This document shows, piece after piece, positions 26,232 to 34,539 of a stretch of DNA of 40,645 bases (position 1 is its first letter; every line of letters begins with the position of its first letter). Origin of the DNA: a virus. Both the position numbers and the translations under genes were made by a program. The stretch lies in the IMG/VR virus record IMGVR_UViG_3300045988_117988. The stretch is one strand, 5' to 3'. Under the pieces are notes generated by a model. That model was given only the letters and a program-made list of their open reading frames with translations, was not told where the DNA came from and ran no database searches.

Positions 26232-26672
26232 TTAAAATTTCCTCCTTGCGTACTCTGCCATCAATAACGCTTCTGCCATTCCATCATCATCCGTTCTGCA
26301 TTTGTCCGTTCGCCTTAAGCTGATATCAGGGAACAGCCGTTTGCAGACTTCTATGCTCTGCTTTTTATCGCTACCAAGGGAAAATTCTTTTTTCCACTTC
26401 TGAGGTGGTACAAGCTGATAAGATATACCAAGCGTTTCAAGCACTCCCTCGATGTATCCCGCGTTTTTTCCGAAATTAAACATCGAGGTAACACCTTGCC
26501 CCGGCATTGCGCCGACCTTTTCAACACAAGCTGTCATTGTTGTATGCTTGCTTGCCCTTGCGAATTTAATAAACTCTTGTGCATCCCACGGTATGGCAAC
26601 GGCACATTGTCTATCTTTATCTATTGCGGCAAACGCACCGCTTTTTCCGGGGTCTATTCCGATGTAAATCAC
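26232..26672 (-). CDS. RuvC-like Holliday-junction resolvase
   Basis: IYIGIDPGKSGAFA at the N-terminus and DDDGMAEALLMAEYA near the C-terminus. 146 aa. Confidence 0.8.
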   Translation of the reverse strand: MIYIGIDPGKSGAFAAIDKDRQCAVAIPWDAQEFIKFARASKHTTMTACVEKVGAMPGQGVTSMFNFGKNAGYIEGVLETLGISYQLVPPQKWKKEFSLGSDKKQSIEVCKRLFPDISLRRTDKCRTDDDGMAEALLMAEYARRKF

Positions 26673-26953
26673 TTCTCCCCCTCCATTTCCGCAGCACAGC
26701 CGGGACAGTAGTGCAGGCCCGTTTTGTTGCCGTGCTTGTAGTAGGCGTTACGGCTCCGCTTCTCATAGCGGCCACAAACAGCGCAGAAAACTTGCACCTT
26801 GTTCCGGCCCTGATACCGCCTGTCTAATATCCAACGGCTTGTTTGAGGCCGTATAACGCGAGCCGGGGGTATGTCGTGTACTGCGGATATTACCTCGTCG
26901 TCCACATCATAAAGGTTTAGCACGTTATCCACATCTTTTATCTCTACATACAT
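26669..26953 (-). CDS. Zinc-ribbon protein related to the IPAADV family
   Basis: DIPPARVIRPQTSRWI followed by CAVCG...YCPGCAAEM. Confidence 0.6.
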   Translation of the reverse strand: MYVEIKDVDNVLNLYDVDDEVISAVHDIPPARVIRPQTSRWILDRRYQGRNKVQVFCAVCGRYEKRSRNAYYKHGNKTGLHYCPGCAAEMEGEK

Positions 26954-28251
26954 ATTTGTTCGTCCTCTCCTATCGCATCGAAATCTATCTCGTGTTCATA
27001 AAACCTGAAGTGTTCGCCGTCCCACAAGAGGTTGCATTCGCCAGTCCGCCCGTTGCGGTTCTTGGCTATAATCACGGTTGCTTCCTTCTCGTCCTTGCTG
27101 GTGTCATAAACCGCCGGGCGGTAGAGAAAAAGCACCTCATCCGCGTCCTGTTCTATGGCTCCTGATTCGCGCAGATCGGACAGCATGGGCCGGTGATCGC
27201 TGCGCTGCTCGGGGTTGCGGGAAAGCTGGCTCAGTATCAGTACAGGCACATTCAGTTCCCTTGCCATCAGCTTCACACTCCGGCTGATCTCTGATACTTC
27301 CGTTACTCTATCACGAGTTTTCCCCCGGCCCTGTATTAAACCCAGATAGTCTATCACCACCAGATCAAGGGCTTTTTCTTGCTGTCGTATGGCATAGCAA
27401 CGAGCCTTCATTCTGTCCACGGTCAGCGCATCGTCTATGACATACAGCTTAGTTTTGCTTAACGTGTCCGCAGTTTCAGCCGCTAAAGTTACCTGCTTCG
27501 GATCACCTGACTGTGCGTCAATGTCGCTGTACAATGCAGTGCTCATAACCGCTCTCCTGATGATGTCCTCCTCGTTTATTTCAAGGCTGAATGCCGCCAC
27601 CACCCTATCTTGCATGGCCACATTTACGGCTATATTCATTCCGAATGAGGTCTTGCCCATAGAGGGGCGGGCTCCGATTACAGTCATATGTCCCGGCTTC
27701 AGTCCCCTCAGTTTAGTATCCAGCGCCAGGAATCCCGTCTTGAGGCCGCTGTCCTTAGCGCCTATGCTCAACACCGCCGAAAGGAACTTATCTCCTACCG
27801 GGGCTACTGTGCCGCTTCCTATAGCCTTTACTCCGTCAATGACGCTTTGGGCATCGGAGATATAGTCAGAATCCGCACCGGTTTTAATGTCGTCAAGTAC
27901 CCGCTGCAATCCGGCCACAAGATGCCGTTGGCCAGAAGCAGCCATAACGCCATTGATGTAATATGCGGCATTAGCACCAGAGGGGACGGCAAGGGACAGT
28001 TTGGTGATATAGGTTATCCCACCTGCCGTTTGTAAATCAGTCCCCAGCGCATCCATCAGCGTAATGTTATCGCACGGCGTACCGTCGTGGAACATCTTTT
28101 GCATGGTGCTGAAAATGATTTGATTTTCTATTTCCCCGAAATCCTCAACACGCAGGCAACCGCAGCCCTTTTCAAAGGCTTCACGGCTTATCAGCATCGA
28201 GCCTAACAACGCTCTTTCCAGTTCTGTCGAAGTACTCACGCAAGACTTCAC
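26944..28251 (-). CDS. dnaB: Replicative DNA helicase DnaB
   Basis: N-terminal ELERALLGSMLISREAF, Walker A GARPSMGKTSF, and the later motifs DYLGLIQ and LSQLSR. Confidence 0.9.
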   Translation of the reverse strand: MKSCVSTSTELERALLGSMLISREAFEKGCGCLRVEDFGEIENQIIFSTMQKMFHDGTPCDNITLMDALGTDLQTAGGITYITKLSLAVPSGANAAYYINGVMAASGQRHLVAGLQRVLDDIKTGADSDYISDAQSVIDGVKAIGSGTVAPVGDKFLSAVLSIGAKDSGLKTGFLALDTKLRGLKPGHMTVIGARPSMGKTSFGMNIAVNVAMQDRVVAAFSLEINEEDIIRRAVMSTALYSDIDAQSGDPKQVTLAAETADTLSKTKLYVIDDALTVDRMKARCYAIRQQEKALDLVVIDYLGLIQGRGKTRDRVTEVSEISRSVKLMARELNVPVLILSQLSRNPEQRSDHRPMLSDLRESGAIEQDADEVLFLYRPAVYDTSKDEKEATVIIAKNRNGRTGECNLLWDGEHFRFYEHEIDFDAIGEDEQICM

Positions 28252-29008
28252 GCCGTTTATCCTCCATTTCCTCCGCCTGCTTCAGTGTTTTGATAGCTTC
28301 CCGTGTTTGCTCCGCCATCTTTTGGTGGTAGTCCCTCTGTTCTTCCGGCGGCGGGGGTTGGGCTGCTGACGATTCCGCCGTTCTCCTTTTGTTCTCCCAA
28401 GTCCTCACAGCAGCTTTCCAATCTACCATCTTGTTTTTCCCTACCATCCATCCCTTTGAAGTGTAGAAGTCATACCACTCATCCGGGTCTATACCGTTCG
28501 CTCTATCCTTGCAGTAGGCTCTAACTTCGTCTATGTCTGGTGGTGTGAATGGCTTTGCCCTCTCACGTTTCCCCCCCCGGGGGGATATAGGGGGGTTATT
28601 GTTTATATCTGTATCCTTATATATATCTCTTATATATATGGGGTTCAATTTTTGCACCACCCCCGGTTCAGATTTTGCACCACCCCGGTTCAGATTCTGC
28701 ACTACCCCGGTTAAATCATTGCACTGGTAGTCCACAAATTTAACATTGTTGATTTCCCTTTCAAAACGTTTTATCAAACCCTTTTCTACCAGTGATTTTA
28801 ATGTCGCCAGCGTTGTGTTCTTAGAACAACCCAACCATTCACGCAGGTATTGCAAACACCCGGAAAACCGACCTTCTGCTTGACTGAACCCATATATAAG
28901 CGCATACAGCAGCAGTTCGTTTCCCTTAAGATTTAGCTCAGTAATCATCCACCCTTGAATGGTCACGTAGTTTTCAGGTCGAACTTTCCCCATTCCTTTT
29001 TCCCCCAT
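28181..29008 (-). CDS. Replication initiator / replisome organizer (winged-helix N-domain)
   Basis: The N-terminus GNELLLYALIYGFSQ...NTTLATLKSLVEKGLIKR looks like a winged helix. The C-terminus reads DEVRAYCKDRANGIDPDEWYDFYTSKGWMVGKNKMVDWKAAVRTWENKR. The gene carries iterons internally. Confidence 0.75.
   Translation of the reverse strand: MGEKGMGKVRPENYVTIQGWMITELNLKGNELLLYALIYGFSQAEGRFSGCLQYLREWLGCSKNTTLATLKSLVEKGLIKRFEREINNVKFVDYQCNDLTGVVQNLNRGGAKSEPGVVQKLNPIYIRDIYKDTDINNNPPISPRGGKRERAKPFTPPDIDEVRAYCKDRANGIDPDEWYDFYTSKGWMVGKNKMVDWKAAVRTWENKRRTAESSAAQPPPPEEQRDYHQKMAEQTREAIKTLKQAEEMEDKRREVLREYFDRTGKSVVRLDADKP
28572..28727. other. Candidate origin of replication: C8G6 palindrome, AT-rich stretch, four 22-23-bp iterons
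   Basis: Iterons GGTTCAATTTTTGCACCACCCCC (28643-28665), GGTTCAGATTTTGCACCACCCC (28666-28687), GGTTCAGATTCTGCACTACCCC (28688-28709) and GGTTAAATCATTGCACTGG (28710-28727). An AT-rich segment spans 28596-42 and CCCCCCCCGGGGGG spans 28572-85. Confidence 0.75.
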
Positions 29009-29039
29009 ACAGCTTTCTGTAGTTCATGCTCTACATCCA

Positions 29040-29414
29040 TCAATCAAACGGCAAATCGTCGTCCGTTATCTCCTTGAATCCTGAAATGTCCGTAGGGGGC
29101 TGCTGTTCTGCGAACCTGCGATGGATTGTAGAAAGGTCGGCTGTCACAAAATCCGCCTCAAGGAACCATCTCTTGTTTCCGTCCTTGCCCTCATAGTTAC
29201 TAAGCGTACCCGACACTATGACATAATCGCCCTTTTGCAACCCGCGCCATGCGTCCACTGCGGCAAACAGCGCGTTGACATTGATTACGCCCTCCTTGTC
29301 GTAGGCGATTGCAGTCCGCATCTTGGGATACCCCTTGGAACCGAATGTTGAAAACTCCGGGTCGCGCACCAGCTTGCCAACATACAACCGTTTCAAACCG
29401 TCTTTAATTACCAT
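29040..29414 (-). CDS. ssb: Single-stranded DNA-binding protein
   Basis: OB-fold-sized protein ending in the acidic tip ITDDDLPFD. The start is taken at the ATG at 29414 (MVIKDGLKRLYVGKL). Confidence 0.8.
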   Translation of the reverse strand: MVIKDGLKRLYVGKLVRDPEFSTFGSKGYPKMRTAIAYDKEGVINVNALFAAVDAWRGLQKGDYVIVSGTLSNYEGKDGNKRWFLEADFVTADLSTIHRRFAEQQPPTDISGFKEITDDDLPFD

Positions 29415-29649
29415 CGCGTGGATACCTTTCTCCCGGATCAGTGCCGTTACAGCCATCCACAAATGCCAGCAACGCCGCTTCCTTAGTAAACTCGAAAACC
29501 TTATCAGAGAGGTTGTGTTCAGTATGGAAATTGTGTAGACAATCTCCCATCGTATGTACGGCCAGAATAATTTCTGCCAATGCCACCTCTTCCTCCTGGG
29601 CTCGTATTTCGGAATTTGTCACACCTTCGTTTATCGTTACCTTAATCAT
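29404..29649 (-). CDS. Hypothetical acidic protein
   Basis: 81 aa, tightly packed between the RecT and SSB genes. Confidence 0.5.
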   Translation of the reverse strand: MIKVTINEGVTNSEIRAQEEEVALAEIILAVHTMGDCLHNFHTEHNLSDKVFEFTKEAALLAFVDGCNGTDPGERYPRDGN

Positions 29650-29659
29650 GTTCTCCTCC

Positions 29660-30289
29660 TTAGCTGAGCTTAATTGTTACCTTCTCGGGCTCGTCGTCCT
29701 TAACGTCCTTGACTTCTTCGACGGTCTGTAGGCCCATTAGTGCATGGGGACAATAGACACGGGCAAAGAATGCGGCAGCGCGGTACTGGAGCATTTGGTC
29801 GCCCATTGTCAACCACTTACTGCCCTTCTTGCTTGTCCAGCCCTCGGCCTCTGCCATGGCATAATCTACTACTGTGCCAGTGATTATCGCGCCGTCGCTC
29901 TTACGTGTGGCCTGAACGTAGCAGCCATAGGAAGGTGTTCCCTTCTCACCGACAAATACAAAATTCAGAGGGCCGAAAAGTCCGGTGCCGTTTATGAGGC
30001 TGATACAAGCCTGTCCGCTCCATGCTGGACGGCCCTGAACAATATATAGCGACTGCATAACGGCCATGGGGGATACGCCCATGCGGTTAGCCATCTCACA
30101 CGCTACAAAACAAGAATCGGGGTCATTGCGGTATGAATCGGGTACGAGTTTGCTCCGGGACATCATGCTTGCCAGCTTGACCAGCGTGTTAAGCTGTTTG
30201 GGGTCCGTTAGTGCCGTGGGCTGAATAGCTGTCTGTTCGATCGAAGCTATTGCCTGTTCTTCATTAGCTGCCTGCTTTACTTTTTCCAT
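29660..30289 (-). CDS. recT: RecT-family single-strand annealing protein
   Basis: GRPAWSGQACISLIN...WLTMGDQMLQYRAAAFFARVYCP pattern. It is adjacent to the exonuclease gene. Confidence 0.8.
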   Translation of the reverse strand: MEKVKQAANEEQAIASIEQTAIQPTALTDPKQLNTLVKLASMMSRSKLVPDSYRNDPDSCFVACEMANRMGVSPMAVMQSLYIVQGRPAWSGQACISLINGTGLFGPLNFVFVGEKGTPSYGCYVQATRKSDGAIITGTVVDYAMAEAEGWTSKKGSKWLTMGDQMLQYRAAAFFARVYCPHALMGLQTVEEVKDVKDDEPEKVTIKLS

Positions 30290-30888
30290 TACTTTTTCTT
30301 CCTCTCTTTCTTCTCAAAAATCTTGTGAATTGCGTAACACGCCCGGAAAATTGTGTCATCTATAGGCATCTCAATCAGCTTATACGTGCCGTCTTTGCGC
30401 AGATGCAGACAGTACAGAACGTCCACCTTTAAACCGTTGGCCTCGGCGATAAGCTTGTAGCCGTTAAGCTGTGCGCCCACATAGGGCTTGTGTACCGTGG
30501 CGGTAGTTTTAAGGTCTACAATGACCTGTCCACCTTTAACCTTGCCGTACCTGTCCAGCGTTCCTGCTGCGGTCAGTGTGTCATTGTCCACGTAGCAGGC
30601 GTATTCAATCCGTGTCCACTCCGGGGCTATGTCCTTGCGGAACTGGATATAAGCCTTAATGTACGGCTCAATGTCCTTGTCAATCTCTGCCTCCCCGTAC
30701 TTGTCCAGCACCTCGCAAGCCTTGTGTACCCGCTTGCCTCTGTCGGCGGCATTGTCCAGTGTATACTGCGATATGCTGGAGTACATCTCCCGCGACAGGA
30801 ACCGCAGTATCTCGCTGACCGCCGGAATCTTTTTGTCGCCCACGACATACTCATGTTCGGCATCAAAAAACTTTAGTATCTGTGCCAC
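30289..30888 (-). CDS. PD-(D/E)XK exonuclease (RecE/Cas4-like partner of RecT)
   Basis: GTLDRYG...VIVDLKT (D..D.K motif) and N-terminal HEYVVGDKKIPAVSEIL. GTG start 10 nt after GAGGAGG. Confidence 0.7.
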   Translation of the reverse strand: MAQILKFFDAEHEYVVGDKKIPAVSEILRFLSREMYSSISQYTLDNAADRGKRVHKACEVLDKYGEAEIDKDIEPYIKAYIQFRKDIAPEWTRIEYACYVDNDTLTAAGTLDRYGKVKGGQVIVDLKTTATVHKPYVGAQLNGYKLIAEANGLKVDVLYCLHLRKDGTYKLIEMPIDDTIFRACYAIHKIFEKKERKKK

Positions 30889-30997
30889 TCCTGTTTGGCC
30901 TCCTCTCTGCCCCTCTGCGGGGCTTGTGTGTTATCCATTGCTTAGCTATCCTCTGCGCCGTGTAAGGCGGCTTAGAAACGTATTGATATGATTAAAA

Positions 30998-31345
30998 CTA
31001 TATTCCCGCTAAGAGGTAATTGAGCACTGCGGTGCAGTCCCCCGTCGCCTGTCGCTCGGCGTAACGCCTGAGCTGCCGTAAAGCCTTGTCATAGCACTCC
31101 TGGCACATGTCGTCTTTGTCGCTCATCTGTTCCCAGCCGCGCCATTCTCCGCAAAATGTACACTGATAGGCATCTTCAAAGTCGCCATCTTCGCTGTCAC
31201 AGACGGGGCAAACGTAAACGCGCTCTTCCGGCTCGTCCCTTGTCTCCGGATAAACTATCTGTTTTATCGCGGACCGGGGAAATGTTTTCTTGCAGGCCGG
31301 GCAATAGGCGTAACCCTCTGCGTAATTGTCATATTCGACGTGCAT
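30998..31345 (-). CDS. Cys-rich zinc-finger protein
   Basis: Four CxxC pairs: CPACK, CPVCD, CTFCG and CQECY. Confidence 0.6.
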   Translation of the reverse strand: MHVEYDNYAEGYAYCPACKKTFPRSAIKQIVYPETRDEPEERVYVCPVCDSEDGDFEDAYQCTFCGEWRGWEQMSDKDDMCQECYDKALRQLRRYAERQATGDCTAVLNYLLAGI

Positions 31346-31454
31346 TTTTGCGCCCCCGTTTTCTTCCTCTGCGTTCCCATCCGGCCACGTAGCCCAGCAT
31401 CAGGAACGGCACACAGAATGTGAAGAATACTCCCCAGCTAAACATTAGTTTCAT
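31329..31454 (-). CDS. Possible 41-aa membrane peptide (MKLMFSWGVFFTFCVPFLMLGYVAGWERRGRKRGRKNARRI)
   Basis: Hand translation gives a hydrophobic N-half and a very basic C-half. GGAGGAG lies 11 nt upstream. It overlaps both neighbours by 17 nt. Confidence 0.35.
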   Translation of the reverse strand: MKLMFSWGVFFTFCVPFLMLGYVAGWERRGRKRGRKNARRI

Positions 31455-31923
31455 TGTTGTTCCATCTCCTCCCCCGTTTTAGTTGCCCATCGGAATACTT
31501 GCGCACTCTCTCTTCACTCAGCCCGGTTGCCGCCCTTATCTGCTTGTTTGTATAGCCCGCCACGGCCATATCATAGACACGTCGCTGCACTGCAATTGGC
31601 GGCTCTGGTTTTGACGGCTTGTGCTCTACACCGTGATTGATTTTGTCTTTGCTTTCGGGCCCCAATCCTCCACCGTCATACGATAGGCCGTCATCTGGCA
31701 AGCGCGGAAGTTGGTCGGCTGGTATATACGGCCAACCCAACCGCAGAGCCTTGTCCATCGCGTCGCGTATCTGCTGGATACCTTTGTTCGGCCACACTTT
31801 TTTTATCTGCCCTATCGTGCGGTTGTCCCGGTGCATAAACACATACACCTCAAACGCACTGGCTCCCTCCATTGCGGCGGGTAGTTGCAGATTTGTATCC
31901 TGTGGTATGATTGCCGTTGTCAT
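31438..31923 (-). CDS. Hypothetical protein with a C-terminal LuxR/sigma-r4-like HTH
   Basis: RRVYDMAVAGYTNKQIRAATGLSEERVRKY. The start overlaps the upstream stop as ATGA. Confidence 0.6.
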   Translation of the reverse strand: MTTAIIPQDTNLQLPAAMEGASAFEVYVFMHRDNRTIGQIKKVWPNKGIQQIRDAMDKALRLGWPYIPADQLPRLPDDGLSYDGGGLGPESKDKINHGVEHKPSKPEPPIAVQRRVYDMAVAGYTNKQIRAATGLSEERVRKYSDGQLKRGRRWNNNETNV

Positions 31924-32165
31924 GCTGCGTAACCTCCGGCGGGAAAATAAGTTGTAAGTTCAGAATGGTCTATCCGGAACATATCGAGAATGGTATAGCA
32001 GTAATCGAGATGCCAAACGGCCCTTGCATTCATAGCGTTGTTGAGATAGGTTGTGCCGCAGCCGAGTTTCCGGGCTATGTCGGCCTGTGTGTAGTCGTAT
32101 TCTTTCAGCAGGCCCCGCAGCTTGGCGTATGGTTTGCGGTGCGGTGCGTCAGTGCGTAGTTGCAT
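31920..32165 (-). CDS. Small HTH DNA-binding protein
   Basis: LLKEYDYTQADIARKLGCGTTYLNNAMN. AAGGAGG precedes the ATG. Confidence 0.65.
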   Translation of the reverse strand: MQLRTDAPHRKPYAKLRGLLKEYDYTQADIARKLGCGTTYLNNAMNARAVWHLDYCYTILDMFRIDHSELTTYFPAGGYAA

Positions 32166-32336
32166 GTTGTCCTCCTTCGCTGTCGCCCTTATGTTGTCTG
32201 TCCAAACTTTCGCAGAAGCGTTAGGGCCATCATGGTGACGATGGGTGTCACCCTATACCGCTTTTGTTCGTGCAGAATAAATGGGGGTTAAGAAAGCCGT
32301 GTTGGCACCACGGCTTTCTTATAAGTGGCACTTGGT

Positions 32337-32549
32337 TCAACCGTCAGAACAAAAAAATATGCTGTCCCTCTTGCCCCGTGTCAACGACAAAACATCTGAT
32401 ATTTTAGCAATTTCGGAAGCTGTAAATTCGCTTTTATTCTGAATCTTGTTATTTAATGTTTGCCGCGTAAATCCGCATCTTTTTGCTATTGCCGAATTTT
32501 TCAAACCTGATTCCCGGATACACTCTTCAAGAAGTGCTGTGTTCGTCAT
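32337..32549 (-). CDS. Cro-like HTH regulator (first gene of the early block)
   Basis: The start MTNTALLEECIRESGLKNSAIAKRCGFTRQTLNNKIQ lies behind GGGAGGGTGA. The gene is divergent from the CI-like gene. Confidence 0.7.
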   Translation of the reverse strand: MTNTALLEECIRESGLKNSAIAKRCGFTRQTLNNKIQNKSEFTASEIAKISDVLSLTRGKRDSIFFCSDG

Positions 32550-32584
32550 TTTTCTCACCCTCCCTTCTCTAATGTGGCATTTCA

Positions 32585-32649
32585 TTCAACTAAAGATAGT
32601 TTACCATCGAGTTGAACGTTTGTCAACTATTTTTACGAAAAAGGTTGAA
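32585..32649. promoter_or_regulatory. Candidate operator half-sites in the switch region
   Basis: TTCAAC (32585-90) and GTTGAA (32611-16) form one inverted pair. GTCAAC (32622-27) and GTTGAA (32644-49) form a second. The sites overlap the -10 and -35 elements of both promoters. Confidence 0.5.
32598..32626 (-). promoter_or_regulatory. Early (Cro-side) sigma-70 promoter
   Basis: On the minus strand: TTGACA (32621-26), a 17-nt spacer, then TAAACT (32598-603). Confidence 0.65.
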
Positions 32650-32673
32650 TTATTTTATGTCGCATGATATAAT
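32645..32673 (+). promoter_or_regulatory. Repressor-side promoter with extended -10
   Basis: TTGAAT (32645-50), a 17-nt spacer, then TGaTATAAT (32666-73). Confidence 0.7.
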
Positions 32674-32698
32674 GTTAAACAAAAGGTGGAGCGCAGAT

Positions 32699-33028
32699 AT
32701 GGAAACCATGTATGAAAGAATCAGAAGGCTTAGAAAATCCATCGATATGACGCAGACGGAATTAGCCGTACTGATGGGTTACAGCGATAAAAGCATGATT
32801 GCCAAGATAGAGGCGGGCAAGGTTGACTTAACGCAAAGTAAAATTGTAGCTGCGGCTAAGGCTTTAAGAACCACACCTTCATATCTTCTGGACGGAGATG
32901 AAACCACCGTACCTGAAAACTACATTGGTGACCTTTCGCCGGAGGAACAGCGCGTAATCATGGCTTATCGTCAGGCTTCCGAGGAACGCCGTCAAATTGC
33001 TGATGACATTCTTCAGCCCAGGAGATAA
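32699..33028 (+). CDS. CI-like XRE-family repressor
   Basis: The start METMYERIRRLRKSIDMTQTELAVLMGYSDKSMIAKIEAGK lies behind AAAGGTGGAG and downstream of the promoter at 32645-73. The longer track ORF starts upstream of that promoter. Confidence 0.75.
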   Translation: METMYERIRRLRKSIDMTQTELAVLMGYSDKSMIAKIEAGKVDLTQSKIVAAAKALRTTPSYLLDGDETTVPENYIGDLSPEEQRVIMAYRQASEERRQIADDILQPRR

Positions 33029-33562
33029 GAGCAACTGCTTTTTCGCGGTCATTCCTCATGATGCAGACTATATATTTTTCGAATGGGGTCAACATATTTT
33101 CCCTCCGATGTAAAAATATTCTAACAGTATTATTTCTTAATATTGGCCAATGGCGCAAGGGGGCGATAAAAACAATGCTCGATATGCGGTACATACACAC
33201 AACAGAAGGTTTTTTATGTGCGCCCACGTTATTTTTGATGGAGCATGTTGCAAAAGCTTCTTTGTACCTTCGCCCTATCCCGATGATAGCATTTTTCGTA
33301 TAAAAGAAAAGGGGTGATTTTATTGAAAGTACCATAATGGGGACTGCGCTCAACGATGTTGCACAAATCGTGCCTCGGATTCGCCTTTAACCGGCAGAGG
33401 GAGCGGGAGCCGCTCACCTCCGCCTAAGACGGTGGAGAAGCATCTTGTGGACCGTCCTGAATAAAGCATAGCATTTATACCGCTCTAATCAATACTCATA
33501 AAGAAGCGTTTCGCTAACATTCTTGTTTTTTCGCCACACATAAATGAAGAAGGTGATACCAT

Positions 33563-33970
33563 TTGTTGTTATATGAACATTTACGCGCCATGAAGGACGC
33601 GAGTAATATGACGGCGCAGCAGATAGCGGACAAAAGTAGTGTGCCCGTTGCCACGGTAAACCGCGTGCTTCAGGGCTTAACGGAAAATCCGGGGTTCGAT
33701 ACGGTCTACAAGATAGTAAAGGCCATGGGCGGGAGCCTGAACGATCTGGACGAGGATAGGGTGTGTGAGCCGGAAGGATTGACGCAGTTATACGAAAGAG
33801 GGTTAGAATACAGGGAGCGGAAGATAAAGAAGCTGGAACGCACGATAATGATAATAGCGGTATTTACTTTTATTGTTATGGCGGCGGTCATAGGAATGCT
33901 GGTATATGATATGACGCATCCTAGCATTGGATGGATACAGACCGCGAGTAATGCGGTGGCAATGATATAG
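33563..33970 (+). CDS. Membrane-anchored HTH protein (XRE-type HTH + C-terminal TM)
   Basis: TTG start behind GAAGGTG. HTH MTAQQIADKSSVPVATVNRVLQG and TM segment IMIIAVFTFIVMAAVIGMLVY. Confidence 0.65.
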   Translation: MLLYEHLRAMKDASNMTAQQIADKSSVPVATVNRVLQGLTENPGFDTVYKIVKAMGGSLNDLDEDRVCEPEGLTQLYERGLEYRERKIKKLERTIMIIAVFTFIVMAAVIGMLVYDMTHPSIGWIQTASNAVAMI

Positions 33971-33981
33971 GGAGGGGAACA

Positions 33982-34539
33982 ATGAGTAAGTGTGCACACT
34001 GCGGAAAAGAAGTTGAGTATGTTACTGACGGTCTATGCCCGGAATGTTCAAAGAGTTGTGATGACGCAATTAAGCTCTTAGATTACAAAGCCACAATTTT
34101 AGGTTTTATATATGTGGCTGTCAAGGCGTTGCTCGGTATTACCAACGGTCAAATGACCTTTGGGGAGGCTGTGTGCGAAACAGTTGGCACGATAATTGCC
34201 GCACAAATACTCTGCGCGATAGCTGCCCTTTTTGTAAAGCCGCTTTATGCTAAGAGCAAGCGTTACCGTATTATCGCGAGTATTGTTGCAATAGCCATTA
34301 TATCTTCCGTGCTTTACGCTCGCAGTCTCAACGACAAACCGCAAGTTTCATATGACGATTATCAACAATTACTTGAGGAATATAATGAACTTTGTAAAGA
34401 TTCTACTTATGTTTCCGATCAATACGATGATCTACTGCAAGATTTGAGCAATCTTTCCGACGAGGTTGAGGGCGAAGAATATTATGGATACGATGAGATA
34501 GCTGATGAGCTCGACGAAATAGTATATATCCATGAATAA
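33982..34539 (+). CDS. Zinc-ribbon membrane protein with an acidic C-terminus (AT-rich gene)
   Basis: CAHCG...CPEC, about three TM segments, and the tail DDLLQDLSNLSDEVEGEEYYGYDEIADELDE. Confidence 0.65.
   Translation: MSKCAHCGKEVEYVTDGLCPECSKSCDDAIKLLDYKATILGFIYVAVKALLGITNGQMTFGEAVCETVGTIIAAQILCAIAALFVKPLYAKSKRYRIIASIVAIAIISSVLYARSLNDKPQVSYDDYQQLLEEYNELCKDSTYVSDQYDDLLQDLSNLSDEVEGEEYYGYDEIADELDEIVYIHE

Noticed and set aside
28181-28251. 71-nt overlap between the initiator and DnaB genes as a programmed frameshift or fusion
   Set aside because: DnaB has its own in-frame GTG starts (28251 or 28239) before the conserved ELERALLGSML motif. The initiator has a normal stop. Ordinary gene overlap is the simpler explanation.
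28643-28727. Tandem 22-bp repeats as a possible CRISPR array
   Set aside because: The repeats are contiguous with no spacers, lie inside the replication initiator gene next to an AT-rich stretch, and no cas genes are present. They are iterons.
32958-33417. Track ORFs 32958-33353 (-), 33058-33303 (+) and 33229-33417 (-)
   Set aside because: They have implausible, Cys/Phe/Ile/Arg-rich sequences in an AT-rich gap and lack RBSs at their annotated starts. Only the internal 45-codon ORF with an SD is kept, as a low-confidence note in the findings.
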